Part shown: positions 40,001-49,586 of the stretch, in pieces
How the letters are laid out: the number at the start of each line of letters is the position of its first letter
How positions within the stretch are numbered: the stretch's first letter is position 1
Virus record (IMG/VR): IMGVR_UViG_3300020463_002440
Span: 64,001-128,000 of that record
Origin: a virus
Length of the DNA: 64,000 nt
Direction: 5' to 3' (one strand)
Notes under the pieces: model-generated
Told to the model about the DNA's origin: nothing
The model's input: the letters and a program-made list of their open reading frames with translations, nothing else
Databases searched by the model: none
Made by a program: the position numbers and the translations under genes

Positions 40001-43000
40001 AATTATTTCGTCAAATGCTTCTTCAACTTTAACCTTTAGTGCTGAATCAGTAACTGCTTTAACTGCCAAGCCTCTTGCAAATTTAATACCTTCAACTGTT
40101 TCAGTTAATTGTTCGTTAATTACTCTGTTTGTACTTACAGTGTCAATTCTGTAAGCAGTACCATTAAATACTGCATTATAGTTAGAACCGGTGAGTACAT
40201 CAACCGCAACTGCATCAAGAAGTAAACCTATGTCTCTCTTACATCTATCTCCATCAAATGTATAATAACGATCTTTCAGATAACCTTGTACTTCTTCAAT
40301 AATAAAGTCTCTGTTTTGTTGTAATTGCTTTCTTGCTAATGTTCTATTCGGATCAAACGAAGCCTTAGTTAATGTTGGGAATTCATCATCTTCGATATTT
40401 ACATCATCAACTAATTGAGCAATTGATTCAATTAAATCATGCAATCTTGTAGCTGTTGCTGTATCAGCTGCAGTTCCATCTGTATTTTGATAAGGACCTG
40501 TACTAATTGCACCAGTATCGGCTGAAACAAATGAATGTGCATATTGACCTGAACCACCAGTACCAACATTCATTGTTATAGATGTACTAGTAATTGATGT
40601 AATCTTAACTGCTTTTCTATAATGAGGATGATGTGCTTGTGGCTCGGTATGATTTTGTGGACCGCTACCCATATCACAACTGAATGTAAATCCATTTGGT
40701 TTTAGATAAACTTTGTTTCCTACATCAAGTGTATGACTTCCAATTGTTGCTGTAAATACTCCAGTTGCTGGATCGTAAGTGGCATCAGTTGGATTGAATG
40801 TTGTAAAGTTTGTAGTATGAGCAACTTCTTTCGCAATCTTTTCAGCAACATCTGCTAAGTGAGAGAATGCCTTTTTCGTTGGTTCTCGTTGTTCATAAGG
40901 TAATACATTAATTGATTCTCTTAATCCTGAAACATTAGCAGTATCTTCATAATCGGATAATACTTTAAACTGTCCTTTTACTTCAATAGGTAATACATTA
41001 GTTGATCTTAATTGTTCGTAATCAGCCGATGCAGAATTGAATCTTCTGAAGTAGTAATCAAATACTTCTAATGTATTTTCATTTCCACCGTATTCAATAT
41101 CTCTTGATACTGCATCAACAATTAAACCAACATCTCTTTCACAAACCTCGGCAGCATAAGGTAATCCTTTATGTTCTTTTCTTAGGTAATCAATTACTGA
41201 CAATGAAATATTTTCGGATATTCCATCAATTGCAGCACAAGCAGTTACCATTGCAGTTTCAACATTAGGTTCGATGTAATCAGGCAAATGATCTATTGTA
41301 TCATCAGAGAGTGCTTGAGTTACAATATTAACTCTATCTCTTGCTAAGTTAGCAACCTCAATACCTCTATCAGTTCCTGTAACATCTTGTGTTACTGCAT
41401 TTCCTGTGGAAGGTGTGATTGTTATATCTCTAACAATACTCCAAGCAACTTCAGCTATATGTTCCCAAACTTTAACAAATGGTTCTTTTTGAGATATAGG
41501 TAATACTGATTCTCCGTTTTCAAAATACAATCTTGCAAAGTTAACAGAACATGTATTTCCGCCAAACCTAACATCTTGTGCTAGTGAATCAACCAAGTAA
41601 CCTGTATCTCTTGCACAATCAGCAGTATCATAAGAGTGGCTAGTATTCTGAGAAAGCCAAGCATTAGTTTCAGCAATAATAAATGCTCTATTAGCAATTA
41701 ATTGATTAGAAGCTTGTTTATGATCTTCTGTTAAAGCAGCTTCATCACCGTATGTTGTCACACCAGTATTGGCTGCACCATTTGATATGATATTAATAAT
41801 TCTATCAAAGTGTTGATTTGCTCTTGTAAGTGCGGTTCCTGTAACATTAGGATCACCGGCAACTTCAGATTTTAAGTAATTAATTGCACCTACTGTTTGT
41901 GTTAACTGATCGTTAATAACTTTGTTAGCACCTACTGAACCAGTTCTATAACCTAGTCCCATGAATTGAGAATTCCAAGTAGAGCCTGTAGCAATATCTC
42001 TTCTTACTGAATCAAGAATGAATCCTGAATCTCTTGTACATTTTTCACCGTTGAATACAAAGTATTCAGAATCTAAATAATTATTAACTTCTTTTTGTAA
42101 GAACTCTCTGTTAGCTTGTATTTGTTCTCTTGCATATTGACCTTGAGAATTATAAGTAACTTTAGCTACTGAATCTTTAATGGCCGATACAAATGTATGA
42201 GTTCCACCTGAACTTGCAAGAAGCTGAACAGTAACATCATTACCATTAACGGCTGTGACAGCTGTTGGAGTATTATAAACTGCATCACCTTTTCTTGGAT
42301 ACGAATGTTCAGTTGCATTACCGTCTTGTGTACATGTATAAGTAAATGAATATGGAGCAAACTGAACATAGTCATTTGTTGTTAAATCATGACCAGGAAT
42401 TGTCATTACAGTAATTCCTGAGGTAGGATCGTAAGTAGATGTTGTTGGTGTATAATGTTTAACAACTGAAGCAGGATCTGTAAATAATAATGCATCTGCA
42501 TCTATACAGTTAACCTCTGCACTAACAAACGTATGAGCTCCACCAGGACCTGCTCCTACATTCATTGTAATTGTATCAGAAGTTGCTGAATCAATTCTTA
42601 TAGGCTTCTTATAAGTAATACTATGATGTTCTTGAGGAACTGCATGATTGTAAACATTTCCATCCATTGTACATGTAAATACAAACGACCTAGGCTTAAT
42701 TGTTATATAATCGCCTGCTTCTAAATTATGTTGTCCAATTGTGGCAGTCATTACACCGGTTGCTTCATTGTAAGTAGCAGTTCTTGGTGTATACGTAGAT
42801 ATGTAATTACGTGTCTTAATATTATTTGCTGTTGCTGATATAAATGTATGAGGAGATGTATCAGACGAAGTACCTGCATTAATTGTAATCGTTGTGTTTG
42901 ATGTAGCAGCTACTACCATTGGCTTCTTATAAGCAGGATGTTCTCTTGTTCCTTGAATGGCACCTGTAATAGCAGATACAAATGTATGAGTACCTGATGC

Positions 43001-46000
43001 GTAATTTCCTCTTACCTTACCAACATTACATCCAATTACATTACCTTCAACTGAAGTAAGGGTAACTTCTTTTCTAAAGTTAGGATGGTGTTCTTCAGGT
43101 TCAGGATGACTTGTTTGATTATTATCTAACAGGCAAGACCATGTAATACCTCTTGTGGCAAATTTAATCTTATCGCCTACTCTTAATTTGTTAGTTCCAA
43201 TATCAGCAGTAAACTCTCCAGTAGCAGGATCATAAGTAGCTGTACTTGGAGTAAAGTTTGTTACTGTCTTTGTTGGATACGAATGCTGAGATGCATTACC
43301 ATCCAAATCACAAGTATATGTTAAGCTCTCAGGAGCAATTAATATTTCTTGTCCGATTTGTAAATCGTGAGAACCAATTGTAAGTACGTTTAGACCTGTA
43401 ATAGGATCGTAAGCAGAATCTGAAGTTGAATAAGTTTTACCTGTACTATTTAAAATACTTGTAATTTTATCGAATGCTTCGTCTGATCTGAACCCAGAAG
43501 CTTTATCATCAATTGCCTTAACATGTGAGATTGCATTGTTTGAAGCAGATACAAATGTATGAGGATTAGATCCACCGTACCCAACAAACATTGTGATAGT
43601 TGTTGGTGTTGTAGATTCAATTGGACAAGGATGATTAAAGAAAGGATGTCCTGGATTTGGAACTGCATCGTTTGTAGGTCCACTTCCTGTATCACAACTG
43701 AATGTAATACCATCTTCAGCAAACCTTACATAATCTCCTGCTTGTAATTTGTGACGACCGATAGTAGCAGTAAATATTCCAGACTCAGGATTATATGATG
43801 CATCAGTTGGAGTAAATGACAATCCTTGATTCTTTGCAGGAGTAATTGCGTTTGCGACTGCAGATACAAATGTATGTTCTTGCTGTCCTGTTGATCCACC
43901 ATAACCAGGATTCAATGTAATAGTTGTATTTGATACTCCTATGATTGGACAAGGAACGCCGTTTGCATATGGGTGATGCGCTTCAGGAACCGCATGGTTT
44001 GTAGGACCTGAACCAGTATCACAACTGAATGTAATACCTTGCATCGCAAATACAACAGTATCTCCAACAGCCAATGTATGAGCACCAATAGTTGCTACCA
44101 TGATTCCGGTAGAAGGATCGTAAGTTACGTCAGTAGGCTGGAATCCGCTTTCTGTCTGAAGTGTATTAACTCTTCTCTTAAGTTCGTTTATTGCACCTGT
44201 TGTTTGTACTAACTGATCGTTAATTACATTATCAGCTAACTCCGTACCTGCACGATAAGCAAGACCTGTTTGATATGCATTATAATTTGAACCTGTTAGA
44301 AGATCTCTTTCAACTGCAGGTAAAATGTATTCTCTAACATCTCTTCTACATTTGGCAGAATCATATCTGAAATATGTTTCATCAAGATATCCATCAACGT
44401 AATCCATTAAGAATGTTCTGTTTCTTTGTAATTGCTTTCTTGCGTTTCTCTTATTAGCAGGAATGCTTGCACTATCAGACCATTTGATAGTATCGCCTAG
44501 TACTGTAACTGCGCCTTGTGCAGCTTCGATGAATTGATACTCAAACGCAAATGGTTGTGTACCAACGTCAACTGTAATTTTATGAGGTACTGCACCTAAT
44601 ACTTCGACTGGAGTTTCATCAGCAGGATAACCTGCTTTTGGATAATAGGCTCTTGTTGTATGATTATCTCTGCTACAAGTCATGGTGAAACCACCTCTCT
44701 TAAGCAATACATAATCACCTATACTTAATCCGTGACCTGACTGAATAGCATTTGGAGTAGCAGAAACAAATGTATGTACTTGTTGACCAGTATCTCCACC
44801 ATAACCAACATTCATTCTTATTTTATTTCTACTTACACCGATAATTGGACATGGCTTTTCGTAATAAGGGTGGTGAGGTTCAGGAACCGCATGATTTGTA
44901 GGACCTGATCCAGTATCACAAGACCAAGTAACACTCTCAGGATTAAACCAAACAAAATCTCCTACTTCTAATTCGTGAGCACCTATATTGGCCTCCATAA
45001 TTCCAGTGGCAGGATCATAAGTTCCATCAGTCATTTGGTGAGCTTTTGAATTACCCATTGTGATAACGAATAAACCAGTTACTGGATCATAAGTTGCACC
45101 AGTAGGTGTATATTGTTTTCCTTTATTCTCAAGGATTTGTAAAATGTTATCGTAAGCATCATCAAGTCGTTGTGAAGCAAGATAAGAATCACCATCTATT
45201 AATTCATTAGTTTGATCCTTTAATCTATTATAAGCAGCAACTGTTTCGTTATTTTGATTTTGTATAACTGCTTTTGCAGATTGCATATAATATGCTCGAC
45301 CTGCAGTAAGTGAATTATAGTTAGTTTCAAATAACATGTCATTCTTAACGGCAGGAATAATATAATCAGAAACATCTCGACGACAAGATTTACTATCGTA
45401 TGCAAAGAACTCATCGTTGTTTTCAATCCAATCAATTAGCTCTTCAGTAACAAACTCTCTATTGTCCTGTAGTAGTGTTCTAGCTGCTGTTCGAGGCACA
45501 GAAGTATCTTGCCATATAATCGGGTTGATGTTCTCTTCACCGTATTCTAAGACATTTAGAAGTTCAGCAAAGGATGTATCAATTCTTGGATTAATTTCAT
45601 TATTTGCTGAAACAAAGATTTCTTTTGACCTGTCTCTTAAGTATTCGTTTGCACCTTTTGTTTCTTCAAGCTGTTCACCAGGAACAACATAACTGATTGG
45701 AGACCTATAAGTAATACCAGCAAGTCTTCCCCAATAGTTTGTATCAAGTGCAACGTCATAACCTGTACCGTCAATTATAATACCTGAATCTCTTAAACAT
45801 TTTTCTGAATCGTATTCTTTATAACCTAATCCACCGTTTGCTGAATTTGCTGTTAGGTAATCAACTACATCATCAATAACATCGTCAGCCGCATTATCAA
45901 TTGTATCAGCGAAGACTGTATTACCAATAATAAGATTAGAGTTTATACCTCTTGGAGCAAAGAATTCAGTTGTACCTTTTGCTCTCATTGATATATCACC

Positions 46001-48295
46001 GAACTGTGTACCTGAGTTGTTCAGCGTCATTTGACCACCGTTCAGTGCATAGAATGCACAACGAACAAATATTGATAATGAACCAATACCGTTAACACCA
46101 GCACCGTCTCTAGCAACATATCCTAAACCGTTTTGTGTACGAGGTGTGAAACCAAAACATAATACATATGTATATAATGAATCAGTATCAAGTACTCTTC
46201 TATCTGCAAGTACACAACCACCACCACGACCAACTTCTCTATTTGGGAAATCGTCCATGCCGATTGATTGTATAACACCTGTACCACCTGACTCACAAGT
46301 TACTGTATCTCCTACAGCAAATCCTTCGCCATTCTTCAGATTACGAACTCTGATAATACGATTTACTTCGATATCTTTATCGTTACCTTTTGTTACATCG
46401 TCAGTATCTTCCCACGATAGGAATCCTACAGCACCTGATGAGAATACAACTTCATCATCTTTTTGCCATAACTGTCTTGCTCCACCGTTACCTGGGTAAT
46501 TACCTAATGATCCATTTCCGCTATCAAATGTATGGCCCGGTGCCAATGTAAATGTTTGACCAAGGTCAGCAAGAGTACCTTTTGAGTTATAAGGATTAAG
46601 AGGTGGTTCAACATCTTGTCTTAAGAAGTTTGATAACTGAGTACTATCTCTAAGATATGGAGATCTTAATAGTTTAGCACCTGGTCGATATGCAATCGCA
46701 AATCCACCTTCTGGGAAATCAAAGTTATCAACTTTAAAGTTTTGATAACCGAAACCTTGAACATAACAACCAGAACCAACTAGGATTCCGTTATTGTTCT
46801 CGAATCCAGGAAGTAATTCAATTACTGTAGCATACTGACCTGCGGTTGAAGTACAGGAACAATCATCAGGTAACTGCAGATTACCTTTTGTATAATAAGT
46901 TCCTGGTCCAACCGAAATATGAACAGCATTATTAATTGCGTTACGATTTAATTCGCCACCTGCTTTTTCTAAACAAAGTTCAAATGCTCTCTCAAGAGTT
47001 TTAACAGGAGCTAACATTGTGCCAGGATTTTTATCATCACCTGATCCTGCATCAGCATGTACTTTTAATGCTTGAGCTGTTTTCTTAGATACTTCTTCGA
47101 ATAATTGACCGAAGTTAATTTGTTCTGTATCACCTGTCTTTTCGTTACGGATTGCGAAATATGAATCATCATCTATAGGAGCTTCAAACTCTTTAGTAAG
47201 ATCCATATCAAAGTCGGCAAGTCTTGATCTATCAATTGTACCGCCACTAAATACTGATCCTGAAAGTGCACCATTATCAAACGTTGAATTATTTGCTCCA
47301 AGACCATCGGCAGATGAACTACGGATTGTCATATCGGTTGCTACGACATTCTGCATTGTACCTTGGAAGTCAGTATTAGAAATTGTTCCATCGGTGAATA
47401 CTGAATCATCAATAGTTGAATTTGTTAATGTTACATTGTTTCCTGTACCATCGTTAAACTGAGAATTTGTTATGATAGTGTTATTTGAAGTACTATCATT
47501 AAGTTGTGAACTTGTAAGAACAACATTATTACCTGTGGAATCTGTTATAACTCCATCATCAAATATTGAACTTGTAAGTGTAACATTATTACCTGTGCCA
47601 TCATTAAACACTGATTGTGTAATTGTTACATTGTTTGCTGTTGAGTCATTAAGAACAGAATTAGCAAGTCTTATGTTATCACCATCAACATCTGACATTG
47701 TGCCAGTTGTAAACGACGAACTTGTTATTGTAATATTATTTGCTACAGAATCAGTAATTGTAGAATCATCAATTGTAGAATTAGTTAATACTACATTATT
47801 ACCTGTGCCATCATCAAACGACGAATTAGTAATCGCAACATTGTTTGCTGTGCTATCGTTAAGTTCAGAATTTGTTAGAACAACATTATTACCTGTACCA
47901 TCATTAAACACCGATTGTGTAATTGTTACATTGTTGGCAGTTGAGTCAAATATTCCACCGTTCGTAAACGTAGACGATGTCATTGTAATATTGTTAGCGG
48001 TAGAATCTGTTATGACTGTATCGTCAACAGTTCCACGAACAAAATTAGTATCTTCTATATCCGAATTATCAATTTTAACGTTATCAAGTCTAGAATCTGA
48101 CATGACAACACCGGAGATTGTACCTCCTGTAATAGTTATTCTTGAAAAGACCTCATACTGAATTGCTTCAACTAATTCTTTTCGAGTAATATTACTTGTG
48201 CCGTCATCACCTTGAACAAGGTTAACGATGACAAATAGGTCTTCTGACCTGGTATTGGCACCGGTAATCGGAGGTAATTCTGAAATTTTTGCCAT
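37028..48295 (-). CDS. Giant (3755 aa) virion protein: N-terminal beta-helix region, 11-12 phycobiliprotein-like CxRD helical repeats, nine Cys/His beta-domain repeats
   Basis: MAKISELPPI N-terminus; 15-aa NNVxLTxSxxxDxTx repeats; GDDKNPGTMLAPVKTLERA pectin-lyase-like entry motif; KCxRDxGYxxDAxxxD...GGN repeats; TYDPxTG...HTFVSA repeats; late promoter upstream. Confidence 0.8.
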   Translation of the reverse strand: MAKISELPPITGANTRSEDLFVIVNLVQGDDGTSNITRKELVEAIQYEVFSRITITGGTISGVVMSDSRLDNVKIDNSDIEDTNFVRGTVDDTVITDSTANNITMTSSTFTNGGIFDSTANNVTITQSVFNDGTGNNVVLTNSELNDSTANNVAITNSSFDDGTGNNVVLTNSTIDDSTITDSVANNITITSSSFTTGTMSDVDGDNIRLANSVLNDSTANNVTITQSVFNDGTGNNVTLTSSIFDDGVITDSTGNNVVLTSSQLNDSTSNNTIITNSQFNDGTGNNVTLTNSTIDDSVFTDGTISNTDFQGTMQNVVATDMTIRSSSADGLGANNSTFDNGALSGSVFSGGTIDRSRLADFDMDLTKEFEAPIDDDSYFAIRNEKTGDTEQINFGQLFEEVSKKTAQALKVHADAGSGDDKNPGTMLAPVKTLERAFELCLEKAGGELNRNAINNAVHISVGPGTYYTKGNLQLPDDCSCTSTAGQYATVIELLPGFENNNGILVGSGCYVQGFGYQNFKVDNFDFPEGGFAIAYRPGAKLLRSPYLRDSTQLSNFLRQDVEPPLNPYNSKGTLADLGQTFTLAPGHTFDSGNGSLGNYPGNGGARQLWQKDDEVVFSSGAVGFLSWEDTDDVTKGNDKDIEVNRIIRVRNLKNGEGFAVGDTVTCESGGTGVIQSIGMDDFPNREVGRGGGCVLADRRVLDTDSLYTYVLCFGFTPRTQNGLGYVARDGAGVNGIGSLSIFVRCAFYALNGGQMTLNNSGTQFGDISMRAKGTTEFFAPRGINSNLIIGNTVFADTIDNAADDVIDDVVDYLTANSANGGLGYKEYDSEKCLRDSGIIIDGTGYDVALDTNYWGRLAGITYRSPISYVVPGEQLEETKGANEYLRDRSKEIFVSANNEINPRIDTSFAELLNVLEYGEENINPIIWQDTSVPRTAARTLLQDNREFVTEELIDWIENNDEFFAYDSKSCRRDVSDYIIPAVKNDMLFETNYNSLTAGRAYYMQSAKAVIQNQNNETVAAYNRLKDQTNELIDGDSYLASQRLDDAYDNILQILENKGKQYTPTGATYDPVTGLFVITMGNSKAHQMTDGTYDPATGIMEANIGAHELEVGDFVWFNPESVTWSCDTGSGPTNHAVPEPHHPYYEKPCPIIGVSRNKIRMNVGYGGDTGQQVHTFVSATPNAIQSGHGLSIGDYVLLKRGGFTMTCSRDNHTTRAYYPKAGYPADETPVEVLGAVPHKITVDVGTQPFAFEYQFIEAAQGAVTVLGDTIKWSDSASIPANKRNARKQLQRNRTFLMDYVDGYLDETYFRYDSAKCRRDVREYILPAVERDLLTGSNYNAYQTGLAYRAGTELADNVINDQLVQTTGAINELKRRVNTLQTESGFQPTDVTYDPSTGIMVATIGAHTLAVGDTVVFAMQGITFSCDTGSGPTNHAVPEAHHPYANGVPCPIIGVSNTTITLNPGYGGSTGQQEHTFVSAVANAITPAKNQGLSFTPTDASYNPESGIFTATIGRHKLQAGDYVRFAEDGITFSCDTGSGPTNDAVPNPGHPFFNHPCPIESTTPTTITMFVGYGGSNPHTFVSASNNAISHVKAIDDKASGFRSDEAFDKITSILNSTGKTYSTSDSAYDPITGLNVLTIGSHDLQIGQEILIAPESLTYTCDLDGNASQHSYPTKTVTNFTPSTATYDPATGEFTADIGTNKLRVGDKIKFATRGITWSCLLDNNQTSHPEPEEHHPNFRKEVTLTSVEGNVIGCNVGKVRGNYASGTHTFVSAITGAIQGTREHPAYKKPMVVAATSNTTITINAGTSSDTSPHTFISATANNIKTRNYISTYTPRTATYNEATGVMTATIGQHNLEAGDYITIKPRSFVFTCTMDGNVYNHAVPQEHHSITYKKPIRIDSATSDTITMNVGAGPGGAHTFVSAEVNCIDADALLFTDPASVVKHYTPTTSTYDPTSGITVMTIPGHDLTTNDYVQFAPYSFTYTCTQDGNATEHSYPRKGDAVYNTPTAVTAVNGNDVTVQLLASSGGTHTFVSAIKDSVAKVTYNSQGQYAREQIQANREFLQKEVNNYLDSEYFVFNGEKCTRDSGFILDSVRRDIATGSTWNSQFMGLGYRTGSVGANKVINDQLTQTVGAINYLKSEVAGDPNVTGTALTRANQHFDRIINIISNGAANTGVTTYGDEAALTEDHKQASNQLIANRAFIIAETNAWLSQNTSHSYDTADCARDTGYLVDSLAQDVRFGGNTCSVNFARLYFENGESVLPISQKEPFVKVWEHIAEVAWSIVRDITITPSTGNAVTQDVTGTDRGIEVANLARDRVNIVTQALSDDTIDHLPDYIEPNVETAMVTACAAIDGISENISLSVIDYLRKEHKGLPYAAEVCERDVGLIVDAVSRDIEYGGNENTLEVFDYYFRRFNSASADYEQLRSTNVLPIEVKGQFKVLSDYEDTANVSGLRESINVLPYEQREPTKKAFSHLADVAEKIAKEVAHTTNFTTFNPTDATYDPATGVFTATIGSHTLDVGNKVYLKPNGFTFSCDMGSGPQNHTEPQAHHPHYRKAVKITSITSTSITMNVGTGGSGQYAHSFVSADTGAISTGPYQNTDGTAADTATATRLHDLIESIAQLVDDVNIEDDEFPTLTKASFDPNRTLARKQLQQNRDFIIEEVQGYLKDRYYTFDGDRCKRDIGLLLDAVAVDVLTGSNYNAVFNGTAYRIDTVSTNRVINEQLTETVEGIKFARGLAVKAVTDSALKVKVEEAFDEIIDVMTNGRSAADAINFTTNAQGVARINGRSQLQNNKAFLIAEATAWVEANYPSHVHDVAKCERDTGYLIDAVSFDGQHQGNFATQNFTRLYFEKGVNVGLPTNQVEPSAMLFKHIGDCVDLIVQDTDIAGLKSANNALSQDFSSGSGGAPLGAEMEGLFDLCANALTSATLLLNPAYELPKVSNYAAVNQTAFNEVLGVKETVAKDLLAYLAENYDILPFSEEKCRRDAGYIIDAVSHDIQYGGNAASVQTAGMYFENTVNTGLQIEQYMGTRDAFLHMAKVIEHVVGAKDIETKLFPRTGKYYTGDIVTKYEYWNGVPSYQTTEAQDFSIHGANPNTCIATRKLVELIANAVDDSYEVRSTIPERIDVDQTWMGDNYVTAKELVERLSHTAAEGVISYISVNHNGLSFPRARCRRDIGYTIDAISHDVQYETNFASLQSAGIYFEKEVSVLKVDQQRQYADILQLLGNAMSQVVQETPVTNASTYTLTPQNTLGVAATSTEGTEVTNLVGIIEQSIRSNDNDELPRPVSTSSFPTTELSNAAQKLVDNTEELASDVTEFINNQFTVLDYNKDKCRRDTGFLLDAFSFDLNFGGNTASRWNADFYFWNQVYRLPEDQREPTAKAYRQLGKICKDIVIGEYEGQKILGELGTAVESKKVKDLADIFFLTQINNDTKYLPVKTEPDYSYSDAVFTDAQDILAQRRKGLQKDTVRYVNATYNFLDINLTRRDARNLLTALQNDFKYVDTQAVGPSYQTNGNQNAIRTFTATFFDYDGTHVFPVFNPTMQGLKYKGSVVDVAALSSITGQKPNWAYIVATDFTTNLYAGNIYYWNGSTWVLEGANNTDLLDAFTGSWDRMRDYLVNNLSPDSDHTAMIQALFDNCLKSNVLKPDTLVFGSLVESIAHQFNGASAGVNRNALPLNFRNLGAAISAVASVLNEDGGRIRWSGADELNNQYFARGLRINGRTGRIEGRPFTSSVRKLARRASNSRAVI
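47250..48130 (-). repeat. 15-aa (45-bp) beta-helix/pentapeptide-like coding repeats
   Basis: DSTANNVTITQSVFNDGTGNNVVLTNSELNDSTANNVAITNSSFDDGTGNNVVLTNS... Confidence 0.85.
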
Positions 48296-48322
48296 TTAGC
48301 TATTTCCCTTTGGTATTACTTA

Positions 48323-48330
48323 TATTTATA
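48323..48330 (-). promoter_or_regulatory. T4-type late promoter TATAAATA
   Basis: Exact consensus 27 nt upstream of the 3755-aa gene. Confidence 0.82.
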
Positions 48331-48344
48331 AGACCAATCTCAAA

Positions 48345-49586
48345 TTAACCTTTGTTTTCGAGAAGGTTTTCTAAAACATTTACCTTTTCACTCAAATCCT
48401 TGATTGCTTCTATAAGCACCGGGACGATTTGTTGATATCTTACTGCCTTGTAAGTATCATCTTCCATACTAATATCATAAACTACTTCTGGTAAAATATT
48501 TTCAATTTCCTGAGCAATTACACCAGGAAGTGTATCCTCAGGTCTGTCTTTATAATTAAACGTATATGTCTTAATCTTTTCTATTTCTTTAAGTCCCTTT
48601 TTAAGAGGAACTATATTTTCTTTTAATCTTTCGTCTGAGAAGGATCCGTTTGTTGTTACATCACCTGTAAATATTGCTGAACCTGTTTGCGCAATTTGTG
48701 CTACAACGGCGTTACCACTATTCTTAATTTCTAATTCACCTTTTAAATTTAAATCTCCATTTAAATTTTGGTACCCTGTTACTTCTATTCCGTTAGGGAA
48801 CCATCTAAGAACATCATAAGTTGTGCTTGACCAATCAACTGCAAGACTACCTGCTGGTATTCCGCTTGGTCTTGAACCGTCTATGTAAGCCTTTTCAGCT
48901 CCACTTACTGAGCCTGTAGTAATAAACTCGTTACCTTGATAAGAATTTAATTCACCTTCTCCATCAAATGATATGGTTCCGTCTGTAGCAACATTAATAC
49001 CGTCTCCGCCTGTAAACGCTGCCCTTGCTCTTGCATTAGTATAAAATAAGTTTGTAGTTCCTTCAGTGATATCATCTGAACTTAAACCTGATCCACCTGA
49101 ACCTAATGCCAAACTATTTGCTGTTAATGATTCGGTGACAACAACATTAGGTACTGTTAATGTACCTGCGGCTGTTAATTGAAACTTTGCTTGACCTGTG
49201 CCTGTATCAATAATAAAGGTATGGCCACCGCTAGAATCATGTCCTATGTCCCAAGCTATTGAACCATCAGTATATCTTGTTTGACCACCTGTTCCTGAAT
49301 ATAGGAATGTTGCCGCAACTGATGTACCACTTGTTACTTGAATAGGATCTGAAAAATTAATTGTTGATGCAGATCTTGCACCAATTGTATCTGATGTAAG
49401 TTGACTTGTGGCTACTAAACTACTTCCAGTAAAATTGCCTGTAATAACAGCATTGCCGTCAGCAGCTGAATCAGTTGCTCCAGTCGTAACTACATTGTTT
49501 CTAAACGCTGCAGCAATTTGATTAGTCTTATCTAACCATTGCTGAAATGTGTCGGTAGTATTTACATCGGTTATATTCTTGGCCAT
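48345..49586 (-). CDS. Short fibre protein with C-terminal peptidase S74 chaperone
   Basis: N-terminal TDTFQQWLDKTNQI; SDDITEGTTNLFYTNARAR; FSDERLKENI...GVIAQEIENILPEVV...VRYQQIVPVLIEAIKDL. Confidence 0.8.
   Translation of the reverse strand: MAKNITDVNTTDTFQQWLDKTNQIAAAFRNNVVTTGATDSAADGNAVITGNFTGSSLVATSQLTSDTIGARSASTINFSDPIQVTSGTSVAATFLYSGTGGQTRYTDGSIAWDIGHDSSGGHTFIIDTGTGQAKFQLTAAGTLTVPNVVVTESLTANSLALGSGGSGLSSDDITEGTTNLFYTNARARAAFTGGDGINVATDGTISFDGEGELNSYQGNEFITTGSVSGAEKAYIDGSRPSGIPAGSLAVDWSSTTYDVLRWFPNGIEVTGYQNLNGDLNLKGELEIKNSGNAVVAQIAQTGSAIFTGDVTTNGSFSDERLKENIVPLKKGLKEIEKIKTYTFNYKDRPEDTLPGVIAQEIENILPEVVYDISMEDDTYKAVRYQQIVPVLIEAIKDLSEKVNVLENLLENKG

Noticed and set aside
47472-48161. 229-aa plus-strand ORF, and similar plus-strand or alternative-frame ORFs such as 29755-30387, 22750-23166, 13826-14263 and 32707-33081
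   Set aside because: Shadow ORFs produced by repetitive, codon-biased minus-strand genes; no motifs or RBS
37028-48295. Inferring a cyanobacterial host from the phycobiliprotein-like repeats
   Set aside because: No photosynthesis or other cyanophage-diagnostic genes are in this window; the repeats are highly divergent and embedded in a structural protein
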